Below, piece after piece: positions 29,142-40,250 of a DNA stretch of 64,000 nt. The stretch's first letter is position 1; the number at the start of each line of letters is the position of its first letter. This DNA is from a virus (taxonomy: Duplodnaviria > Caudoviricetes), in the IMG/VR virus record IMGVR_UViG_3300031992_000031, positions 69,462-133,461 of that record. The stretch is one strand, 5' to 3'. The position numbers and the translations under genes were made by a program. The notes under the pieces were generated by a model. The model was not told the origin of the DNA, did no database searches, and was given only the letters and a program-made list of their open reading frames with translations.

Positions 29142-29170
29142 TTGACAAAATCCTAGAAATCTGTTATAAT
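29142..29170 (+). promoter_or_regulatory. sigma70-type promoter
   Basis: TTGACA, 17 bp, TGnTATAAT. Confidence 0.82.
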
Positions 29171-29198
29171 TAAGTATAAAGAAAAAAGTGGTGATTTG

Positions 29199-30233
29199 AT
29201 GATATACGCTTTAATTGGATGCTTAGTTATAATCGGATTTCTAGGATTTAAACTTTTTTAGAAATAGAAAATTGATAAAGAAGAATATTAGCTTTATCAA
29301 GATGAGTTAAAGTAGGTTAAACAAGATGTAAAAGATACTTGGGTGGAGTTTCACTTAGCATCAGATAACTTACAATCAGCTTAGAATACTTTAAGTCATA
29401 TTCAAGAAAAAACTAAATATGAGAAATGTAAACTTGAAGAATGTAAAAAAGATTTACAAGCCACTTTAGATGTTTATCAAGATTTAACAGATAATAAACT
29501 AAAAGAAATTGACGCTTCAATTGAAGAACAGCGGTTAAAACGTCAAGAAGAACTAGAACAAGCATTAGCTGATAAATAGGCTTACTACAATAAATTACTT
29601 GAGGATACTATTAATCAATGTAATTTATAGGATGAAACAATTAAAGAAGCATCTGAAACCAAATGGCGTGAAGCTATGGAACAAATTGAACAATATAATA
29701 AATCTATAGCTGATGCTAAAGAACGATTTGAAAGTATTGAACGTACTTTAAGGTAGTATGATGCTGAACAACAAGCAAAATTATTCTATACAATTCAATT
29801 GTCAGAAGAATTTCAAGAAGATATAGAATTTTTACTTACTACTGTCGCGGCAAAAGTATAGCATCCAGATATAATTAGTAAATTAGTTTGGCAAGAATAT
29901 GTTAAGCCTAATCTTGAAAATACATTTAAACGCATTGAAATAAAATCAGATCCTGGAATATATAAATTAACAAGCTTAATAAATGGAAAATGTTATGTAG
30001 GAAAAAGTGTTGATGTAAAAAAGAGAATTGCAGACCACTTTAAATCAGTCGTTGGCATCAAATCCATTGCAGATCAAGCGGTTCATCACGCAATACTTAA
30101 AGAAGGATTTTGGAACTGGCAAATTGAAATAATCACTTATTGTGATAAAGATAAATTAAACGAACTTGAAAAATATTATATAGAGTTTTTTAAAGCACAA
30201 GAATTCGGTTATAATAAAACAGGAGGCGGCTAA
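29199..30233 (+). CDS. membrane-anchored coiled-coil protein with C-terminal GIY-YIG nuclease (344 aa, 9 TAG=Gln)
   Basis: MIYALIGCLVIIGFLGF TM segment; coiled coil; PGIYKLTSLINGKCYVGKSVDVKKRIADH...LEKYYI...FGYN. Only TAG interruptions; absent from the ORF track. Confidence 0.85.
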
Positions 30234-30640
30234 TGGAAACTGAAATTAATGAGGTTAAAGAACCTAATACAGAAATAAATGAAAAATTAACTAAAGAAGA
30301 GTTAATTGAACGATATGCTAAAATACAACAAATTAGTATTGAAGAAGCAGAAGAACAAGTTGGTGCGCCAACCGAAGAAGAAATTCTTAAAAAAATAGAA
30401 CAAAAAACTATTGAGAAAATTAATTCAACTCGGGTGCCGATGAACAGAGCGCAAAGACGTGCTTTACGTAAGAAAGTTGGCGCAAAAAAATATGCTGAAA
30501 TGGTGGCCGAAGGTGGCGATGTGGTTAGCGCAGTAAGCGAAACCGCAAAGAAACTTAATTATATAGATTTAATACAAAAACTAAGAAAATTAAATGAGGA
30601 GAATGAAAAAAATGGCAAGACAACTATTGAAAACAACTGA
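30233..30640 (+). CDS. hypothetical protein (135 aa)
   Basis: AGGAGG RBS; MNRAQRRA motif. Confidence 0.7.
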   Translation: METEINEVKEPNTEINEKLTKEELIERYAKIQQISIEEAEEQVGAPTEEEILKKIEQKTIEKINSTRVPMNRAQRRALRKKVGAKKYAEMVAEGGDVVSAVSETAKKLNYIDLIQKLRKLNEENEKNGKTTIENN

Positions 30641-30818
30641 TGTATGGCTAACTGAAAGTGAAGAAGAGGCTATGGAAATGATTGAAGATGCGAAGAATCA
30701 ATCATCTAATGGTGGCTATACGGTAACTAAATCTGGATATACTGCTAAGCCTAAGAAATCTAAAGGCGAAATTCTATATATTGAATATAAGGTTACAATT
30801 GAAAAAACCTTTGATTAA
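30612..30818 (+). CDS. small hypothetical phage protein
   Basis: GAGGAG RBS; ESEEEA...KKSKGEI motif. Confidence 0.65.
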   Translation: MARQLLKTTDVWLTESEEEAMEMIEDAKNQSSNGGYTVTKSGYTAKPKKSKGEILYIEYKVTIEKTFD

Positions 30819-30825
30819 CTGGTAG

Positions 30826-31608
30826 GTGAATTATATGAATGAATTAGAAGTTTTATTAGAAGCTATACAGAATTTAACTGATATCGAAGAGGATAAGCTC
30901 AATGATGATATGATTAAAGAGATTTTAGATAATTTGGATAATCAATTTACGCCACAAATTGTATCGCAGGCAATTAATCAAATTATTAAAAATCTTGAAG
31001 ATCAAGGTTTAGATAGAATTGGCGCAAAAGAAGCAATATCAACATTAAATGAAACATTAAAAGAATTGGTATATGGAGAAGAACAATTTACGCCTAGTAA
31101 AAAAATTCTTGTAGATGCAATTTTAGATAAACTCTTTAATATTTTTAATACGGCAGTGGAAAAATATCACTCATACGCTATTGAACTTCCAATGACACTA
31201 GATACCGGCGCGAAAGAACCAACTTATGCTCATGATACTGATGCCGCTGCTGACCTATATGCTCGTGAAGATCAAATTATTCCAGCCCACTCCTATGGAA
31301 ATATGATTAAAACTGGGGTAAAGATTCAACTACCAGAAGGCTGGTTGGCAATGATTCTTCCGCGTTCTAGTATGGGTGTAAAAACTCCATTACGTTTAAG
31401 TAATAGTGTGGGCCTAATTGATAGTGGCTATCGCGGCGAATTGGGAGTTATTTATGATAATACCTCTGATAATGATTATTCTATCACAGCCGGTGATAGA
31501 ATTGCTCAGCTACTAGTGATGCCAAGCTATCGCTTCCAGGCAAAAGTAGTAGATATTCTAACAGATTCAGACCGCGGTGAAGGCGGATTTGGTGCCTCTG
31601 GTAAATAA
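30826..31608 (+). CDS. dut: trimeric dUTPase with ~120-aa N-terminal extension
   Basis: AAADLY, PRSS, GLIDSGYRGEL, GDRIAQL, RGEGGFGASG. Confidence 0.9.
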   Translation: MNYMNELEVLLEAIQNLTDIEEDKLNDDMIKEILDNLDNQFTPQIVSQAINQIIKNLEDQGLDRIGAKEAISTLNETLKELVYGEEQFTPSKKILVDAILDKLFNIFNTAVEKYHSYAIELPMTLDTGAKEPTYAHDTDAAADLYAREDQIIPAHSYGNMIKTGVKIQLPEGWLAMILPRSSMGVKTPLRLSNSVGLIDSGYRGELGVIYDNTSDNDYSITAGDRIAQLLVMPSYRFQAKVVDILTDSDRGEGGFGASGK

Positions 31609-32360
31609 TGGGTACAATTAATGTATATACCGTAAGAAATGCTCTGGAAGCGGAAGGCTGGTCATTAGTTAGTGAAATTTATAAAAATTTAAAAACTCCA
31701 CTAGAAATGATTTGTCCTGTTGGGCATAAATAGGAATAGACTTTTGATAACTGGCGAAAACATAAAATATGTGATATATGTATGGCTGGCGATCCATATA
31801 AAGTCAAAAAAAATAAGGTTCCCAAAAAGGGAACAGATACACAGCGTATTTTAGCATTAGACGCTGCGACAAGTATAACTGGATATTCAATATATGATGA
31901 TAAGGTGCTAGTTGGATATGGAACATTTAAAACTAATTCCTCGCTATCGGCAACTGAGCGCATTAATCAAGTTAAAAATTGGTTAAAAGCTGCTTTAAAT
32001 GAATGGCAGCCAGATTTTGTAGGAATTGAGAATATTTAGTTATAGAAATACGGCGCGAAAGCGACTGATGTTTAGGTTAAAACCTTTTAGACACTAGCAA
32101 ATTTACAGGGTGTCTTATTAGATATAATATTTGAGGCTTGTATAGACCACGATTTGGTTTATCCTAGTGAATGGCGTTCGTACTGCGGCATAAATGACGG
32201 TGATACGCATCGTGATGCTAAAAAGAAACAGGCGCAGGCAAAAGTAAAAATCTGGTATAATATGGACTGTACAGAAGATGAATCTGATGCTATCTGTATT
32301 GGAAAGTTCTTCTGTGGAAAATTAAAATCCAATAAGATAAAATGGGGTGAAGATATATGA
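31608..32360 (+). CDS. RuvC-like Holliday junction resolvase with N-terminal Zn module (250 aa, 6 TAG=Gln)
   Basis: CPVGH...CDIC; ILALDAATSITGYS, GIENI*L*, TF*TLANLQGVL, PSEWR, DESDAICIG. ORF fragments 31782 and 32154 are in one frame. Confidence 0.85.
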
Positions 32361-32746
32361 TTAAGGTAAAATTATCAGAATTGTTAAACAGTACTGAAAC
32401 CTTAAAGAAATTATCTCAAAAAGACTTTAAAGCTAAATTAGCTTGGTCTATTAGCAGGCTATTAAAAGCTGCTGAACAAGAAATTCAAGAGTTCAATGAT
32501 ACTCGTATGAATTTAATTAATAAATATGGTGAAAAAGGTGATAATGGGCAATTAGTTACTGATGAAAAAGGTAATTGCCGTATTATACCTGAGAATATTC
32601 AAGAGTTTAGTAATGAATTGAATGAACTAATAAACACAGAAGTAGAAATCAATGCTAACCCAATTGATATTGAATTACTTGAAGATTTAGAGTTTACTCC
32701 TACAGAAATGACTCAGTTAGAGCCATTCATTAATATGGGAGAATAA
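32357..32746 (+). CDS. DUF1617-like phage protein
   Basis: AKLAWSISR...R..LINKYGEK...NELINTEVEI. Confidence 0.6.
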   Translation: MIKVKLSELLNSTETLKKLSQKDFKAKLAWSISRLLKAAEQEIQEFNDTRMNLINKYGEKGDNGQLVTDEKGNCRIIPENIQEFSNELNELINTEVEINANPIDIELLEDLEFTPTEMTQLEPFINMGE

Positions 32747-32783
32747 AAATAAGAGCCCGGGCTTTTGCCCGGGCTTATTTTTT
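32746..32783. terminator. bidirectional intrinsic terminator between the convergent arms
   Basis: A-run, AGCCCGGGC-TTTT-GCCCGGGCT, T-run. Confidence 0.85.
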
Positions 32784-35700
32784 ATCTATAATAATAAACA
32801 GTACATGGTACTCGTGATGAATTAACAGCATCACACGATGCAGTTATTTTACCCTAATCCACCATACATCTATAACCAGTACCATTATTAATTACTGATA
32901 ATGAAATTGTACGAGAAGCACTATTTGTACTTCCTAATAAATTATATGAAGAAGTAATTGTAATTTCTTTCCATGCCCATCCAGAATATACCTAAAAAGT
33001 ACCAGTATCACCAGTAATTTCGCGTGTAGTACCTGTTGCATCAACTCCTGTTAATTTAAGCGTCAGATTCGCATTTTTTGAATTACCATTCGTCTAATTT
33101 GTAGAACATAAAACTGCGACTTTATATGTATAACTACTTACAGTTCCAAACACTTCTGCATCGGTATAAGTGGTATTAAATAAAGTAACATAACTTTCCA
33201 TAGTTTGAGTGCTTCGACCTAATGAGCTACCAATATATGACCAAGATGCATCATAATACGGTTTAATTAATACCCAATCATGTTTTCCAGTCTAGCGAGT
33301 TTCTATAGTTGATACTTCTTTTCTCCATGCATTATCTCCAGTCGCATTTGGATTCATAATAATAATATCATCACGGCTCCACTCCTACTGACCATTAATT
33401 TTTATATGCTAGCCTTTCATATCAATACCACTACTATTCATATGAATATACGTATTCGAATTAACATCTAAATTTAATGTATTATCAGTTAATTTTAAAC
33501 TAGTAGAACTAGTAGCAGATTTAACTGATGCCCAAATTTCCGCATCTGTCATTTTAAACGAAGCCGCTTTTGTATCAATACGTTCGTCTACATAATTAGC
33601 TACATTTTTATTACTTATACTAAGACTACTTACATTTATTGTTAAATTGCCATTTGCTGTATAAGTTAAATATGCGGTATTTCCATTTTTTAACTAAAAT
33701 ACAGTATTAGAACCGTTAGCCTAAGAATTAAGCACCATATCATTTGTATTTATTTTTAAATATCCACTGCTTCCAATAATAACTCCGGCACCGGAAATCT
33801 ATACAAATGATCCAGTAGTTTCATTAGTTTTAGGTGTAATACCACTTCCAATAATAACACCATCAGTTTGATTCATAAGCACTACTGTTCTCGTAGCATT
33901 ATTACCTATTGAAAGACCAAATGAATCTTTTGTTATTTTTAAGCCTGTTAATGTACTATTAGCATTATAAGTTAAAGTAACATTTTTATTTTGGCTAGCC
34001 GCGGTCGTTCCAGATGCTAACACTAAATAACTAGGTTTAATCTCAAATACCGAACTGGCATTACCGCTAGCAACTCCCATTATAATTTGTTCAGGATTTA
34101 TAGAAACATTTGCTCCGCCACTTGTACCATCAGTATTAGAATACATATTAATAGATTTATTGGAGCCAATCCAAATACCTTTTGAGCCATCTAATTCAAT
34201 TGCTGAAACGCTAGTATTTTTTCCAGTTAGCATTGTAATCTTCGCACCCGCCATATAAATCTATGTTGGGTCTATTAAAACTCTAGAGGAGGATATTCCA
34301 TTCTCTGTAATATTATCATAACTAGTAGCATAAATATTTACTGCTCCCTACTACGCAGTACCATTAATAGTATTAGAACCTATATTAATAATTGTACCGC
34401 CTATATTTACAGACTAATTACCAACAATATTAACATCTTGTGCGGCGATATCAATTTTACCAGCCTAAGCATCTACGTTTAATACAGCTCCTTCAATCTA
34501 TGATAATGATCCATTATAAGTCTTCATCCACCCATATCCATTACGAGCATTATCAGAATCAGATACAGCAAGATAAGTATTTTTAGTTACACCGGTATTG
34601 CTATCAACTTCAATCCAAATATCGCCTTTCTTAAATTCATCCGGCTAGTCTGGCTAACGAAAGACTGAAGGCACTAATTCATTTTGAATTTGTTCAGCAA
34701 AACCGTTTAGAATAGTACTATTTGCCGATGACAAACTCTATATTTGATTTAATGCGTTGGTGCTATCGCCTAATATTGCCCCAGCTTCATAAAATAAATT
34801 ATATAACATTTCTTGTACAGTATTACTCTCTGAAAAATATTTATCAAGATAAGTATTCATTTCAGTAGAATTTAATGTATTAGATAAGCCCGTACCAGAA
34901 AGAGCATACTACCCTCGCGCGATTCTATTTAACAATCCTTCATTACGCTACATATTTTCTGTCTAAGCAACGATCGTACTAAATAAATCTTCAAATTTTG
35001 TAGTATAATTTTTAACCTCGATAGTATCTTTATCTGGAAAATCTAAATCTAAGACTAATTTTGATATGTAACCATAAGCATCTTTTAATTTTAATTGAGC
35101 ATCATTAATATGAACAATCCAACTTAATTTATTATAAAGCGTTCTTATCATCGCCTTACTTAAAATATTTGGATCAATTGTATAAGATACTTTCGGATAA
35201 GCATTTTCTTTCTCAATTTTTAATGCGTCTAAATAAATACTTGTACTAGCATTGGATAGTACATAATCTATCATAATATTATTAGACGTCTGATTATTGC
35301 TAATAGCAAAACATTCAGGTTTAATAGTAATAAGATATTCTGGCTGATAATTCATCTATGCTATGCTTCTTGTTCTAATATAATAGTCTTCAAACTATTC
35401 TAGTGGCTAATTAACAAATCGAATAAATAAATTTGTTGGATCAGTTTTTAGCATTAATGAAGAAAATTTAATACGAGGATATACCATTGAACAAGGATTC
35501 ATTGTCGATTGAATGAAATCATTAGATAAAGTAGATGAATCAACAGGATAAAAAGTCCAATAAGTAATATCAGATAATGATATCGGATTCGCTTCAATAG
35601 TGGTAATAATATTTCCATTATTAACAGTAGTATTAATAATTCCTAATCGTGGATCTCCATCTGTTAGCATAAAATTAATCTATTCTATAGTCATATTTTT

Positions 35701-38100
35701 CGCGCCGGTAAGTACTAAAGCAGGTACTATTTCCCCATTATTATAAATATAACTAAAGACTGCTTCTCCTCCGCGATTAGCATTAATAGAAAAATTACGA
35801 ATATATTTAATATTATTTTTCTCTTTATCTGTAATTGACTAATAATAATTATTATTAAAAATAAAACTATATTCAAATAATCTAGGCTGAATAGTAGCGT
35901 AAATACTACTTAAATTAATACAAGGATAATAAACAATAGACTAATCTATACCAGATTCATATTTGATATCAATTTCTTCATCAAATAATATATCATCCCA
36001 CCCAACTACAAATTTATCTTTAGTATCATTATTTAAAACATGTGTAAAATGAAATCCTAAATTATATGATTCATTATAATGTCGCCCATAAGTTTCATAT
36101 TTTTCAGGCTGCCAATATCCTTCGCGTAAAGCGGGGCCCATTAAATTATTAAATTTCTTAATAATCTACTGTTTTTCAGAAATTTTTTCTTCAAGCGTTT
36201 TCTTCGCATGAGTAATCATATAATTTAAACTATTTTCATATGCTTGTACACGAGCAGAATTTTTTTCACTCTCCGAGGCATCATTGTATGAAGTATGATA
36301 ATATCCTTGAGCATACTGTGAATAAACCGTAGCTAAATCATATTCAAGGTCTGAAGCTGACTCTGGTCCCAGAGTTAGTAATGCTTTTTTATACTTTTCC
36401 TAATCTGCGCCTAGCTTTATCTCCCAAACCTTTAAAACATTATCATAATATAAATGAGGTTCATACTCATATGCCATATAGACTTTATTAGAGTTATTCT
36501 CTCCTGGCGTAACTCCATAGATCGAAACTGGATTTCCGTATTCATCATACACAATTTTAAAGCCGGTAATTTCATTAGAGAATTTCTAATTACTATTGGG
36601 AGAATAATTACGATAAATTTCAATACTATCAGTCTTAATGCCCTTCTATTTAGTTTTTAAATTAATATAATAAGCACCAGAAGCATCTTGTAAAATAAAT
36701 CCCTAATCTGGATGTTCATCATTAAAGACATCTATATACTAGCTTCCATCACCATATTTCGCCGAGAGCGCCTAAGCTAAATCACTATTCTGATTAATCT
36801 ATTCCTTATCCAATGTAATAGAATTTCTATAAGTAGTTACCTTTGCTTCTAAATCTATTTTCTATCGCTCATACTCTGCTATTTTGTTCTATAATGGAAT
36901 AATAATATTATTAATTTCATGAATATCTAATTCATATTTTTCTATTGCTTCAATCTATTCATTAGTTAAATTACCAGTTTCCTTTAGATAATCAAAATTT
37001 AATATATAATCATCACCAATTTTATTAGCACTACAATAGGTAATATTTGCTTCGCCTAATAAAACGCTAGAATCTTCCATAGAACGCACATACATTTTCG
37101 TTACTATATCTTTACTATCTACTTCACGAGTTACTTTTTTAGATGAGTGTGGATATGTAAATCCTATAATTAATTCATTGCCGTCATCACCATGTAAGCA
37201 GTTATTAAAAAATACAACAGTTTTATAAATTATATGATTGTTTCTATCATGCTTATATTCATAGCGGCAAAAAATACCAAATTGTTTAGCTATTTCCTAA
37301 GTAATATTATATATATTACTTTCATGTACTTCAATTGTACGTTCTTTTTCATATAATTGTTCAACTTTTGAAGGACTAAGATCATCATTCCATTCCGATA
37401 CAAAAGGTTCTTCATAAACAATATTTTTACTTCGCTTTACGCCGCCAACAGAATTCCAATTCATATCAATTTTATAATACCACTAAGATGATTTAATTAA
37501 ATTAGAGTCTGAAGGTAAAGGTTCTAATCCTATTAATTCACACCAGAATTGTACATTCTATTTTGGACGATTCTATTCTGTGCCATCTTCTTCAAGCCAT
37601 TTTTTATATACTAAATCATAATCGTCCAATGATAGTGAAATAGTATAACCTATTTTTCCTAGTTCATGAAAAGCAAGTCCTTCACATTCAATATCACAAG
37701 TTAATTTATCACTTTCGTGCGATTCAGTAACTTTTGTAATTAAAAATTCAAAAATTTTCTCATCAATACTTTGCTTATTAAAAATAACTTTAATTTTTCG
37801 CAAATTAATAGCAATATTACCATTTCGAGTGTTATACCAAATAGGATTCTCAACTAACTTTTCTCCATCATATAAATACATAGGAATTGAAAATTTAAAT
37901 TCCTAAGTACCATCATCAGCAATAGTTAGCTAGGGATTCTATATTCTTCCTTTTTGCTCTACATCTGACCACTTCAGGACGGTAATAAACTCGTCCTGAA
38001 GGGTCCAAATAGAGACTTCATAACTACGGACTTCTTTTTTCTCTACGCCTTGCTCATACATTTGTATATATGAACGAGCTATCTATCTGTCAGTAATCAT
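32782..38100 (-). CDS. large tail-tip/baseplate hub-fibre protein (~1,772 aa, many TAG=Gln)
   Basis: AAGGAGGAG RBS, ATG 38100. Fragments at 37573, 35941, 35407, 34963 and 33799 are in one frame broken only by TAG. SNIYNIT*EIAKQF, DIVTKMYV, FR*PD*P..KKGDIW motifs. Confidence 0.8.
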
Positions 38101-38121
38101 ATAATCTCCTCCTTTTACTCA

Positions 38122-40242
38122 TTATAAATACATATTTCTGTATAAAATCTATACATTCTAAATAGAAAATAAAAAATTATGATATATTCTATGTGAATAT
38201 GTTCTACCTTCTTCAGTATTCATCCAATGTAAGAATCGGCCATTCTTGTTCGGATAATTTCGTTCTCGTATGAAAATATTATTAGATAATAGCATATCAC
38301 CAGCATCTTCTTCCTCAACATGTAGAAGCTAACTACTTCTATGAATATCTCCAGTTACCCTAAATATAGTTGGAATTTCTTCTTTGTTTTGAATTTTACT
38401 ATCAACATATTTACAGAAAGCTTTTACCGCTTGAGTATAAGTAGCTGAATCTCCCGCGGTGGGAACAATATTTTGATGAGTTGAAGAGCTGATACAATAA
38501 TTACTCCATCCCCAAGTAACTAAATTTTCATATCTCTATTCATCAGTTAAGTTAGGGTCCTCTGACTAAATTGTATTTATTTTATTTATCGCATTTTCTT
38601 CATATACAATATCTAATAAACTAATAGTATTAATTGGTTTTCGACAATTATATGTTACAAATGCCTCACCTGTTTTACTATTAAAGACGAAATGGAAAGG
38701 AGTATATTCATCTTCATCATTTAACCAAAAACTCTTCATACGATTCTAAATATCTTTATAAATAACCTAAGAAGATTTACCAGTAGCATCTAATAAAGCA
38801 TTAACCCAAGCACGCACAGCCGGGTGTTTAACTTTTTCAATAATCATTTCTTTTAAATCTGGAATTGACATTGTTGAAAAATAATGTGTTAATAATATAT
38901 TTAATGCTTTATTATAACTAGCAATGATATTAGGCGCGGTAAGTCTAAGTTCCTATGTTTTAACTGATTCAATAAAAATAGAATTATAAGGGTTATTCTG
39001 ATTATCAAACTCATTATTAATACTATAAAAATATCCAGCATCATCAAATGCTGGCTATAAATCAAATGATATAATTGTCGGTGCGGGAGCTGTTCCAGCA
39101 TAAAAGAAATATCCAGCATTACTCGCGCCGGCCGGTAATTCTAGAATACCATTTCCATTTGCGTCCACAATTGCGCCAGCAATCTTACCGATATATCGTC
39201 CAGGAAGACATTCAAGGCTAGTAGGAACAAAATCACTATCTTTGTCTAAAAATAACTATTCATTATCTTCTGACTAAATACTGCGCCAATCCTCTGCTAC
39301 TAAAGTCGTTTGAGAACGCTAGTTAAAACCTTTCTCATTTAATACATTATTTACCCACACTCCATCCAATGTTAAGGTGCCATCAATACGCGCGCCCTCA
39401 CCAGTAGGCACTCCATCTGTCCACGCAATTGAATTTTCTGGAATAGACCAAATTAATGATTCAACATTTCCTTCAACATTCGCAAAAGCGCCATTACCTA
39501 ATAACATATTATTTTCAATCATACTACCAAGAGGAATACCATCTTCATATAAAATTTTTAACGCATCCTTAGAAGCAAAAATGCTAACTTCAGCACCATT
39601 TGCGTCTGTCCAATAATCAATATAACGATTACCAGACTTTTTACCCAATATATTATTTATGGCATACCAATGTGGGTCATCTGATATTAATTCTAATATA
39701 ATCTCACCTTTATATAAAGTAGTGCTGGTTTTATATACATCGCCGGAAATATTAATATCTGCCTCTGATTCAAAAGGTAATAAAGATAAAGCCGGTGGTT
39801 TAGATACTCGCGCCATTATAGCGCGGTTCGGATGTTCTGATAACACTAGTTCACGACTTACCCCAGCTGAGAACCAATTTAAAAAATTATCTAATTTGCG
39901 CTAATCAATACCATCAGTAGCTAAATTAAAAGTAATTGTGTTATTAGAATAATGAGTGTTCCAATAAAATTGTCCATCTAAATTATCATATGTACTAACA
40001 TTATCATTAAAACCAGCATATCCATCTCTTGATAATCTATTACTAGTAATTGTAGCAATTAAATCAAAATCTTCAATATGCTTATTTCCATATGTAAAGC
40101 TAATAAAAGAACGGTTCATATATGGCAAACGTTTTACACCATCATGAGTAGCCTAATATACCTGTCCATATCGAACTGTATTAATAGGGGTATCGGTTAA
40201 ACCGATACCCCCAATTTGTCCATAATCTCTATAATTTTCCAT
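38122..40242 (-). CDS. distal tail protein (Dit)-like with insertions (706 aa, TAG=Gln)
   Basis: SFTYGNKHIEDFDLI, DGQFYW..HY, YAGTAPAPTI; directly follows the tape measure; fragments 39901 and 39319 are in frame. Confidence 0.75.
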
Positions 40243-40250
40243 AACTCATT

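Noticed and set aside
32782-34300. Diversity-generating retroelement target in the tail-tip gene
   Set aside because: No reverse transcriptase or template/variable repeat pair seen in this window.
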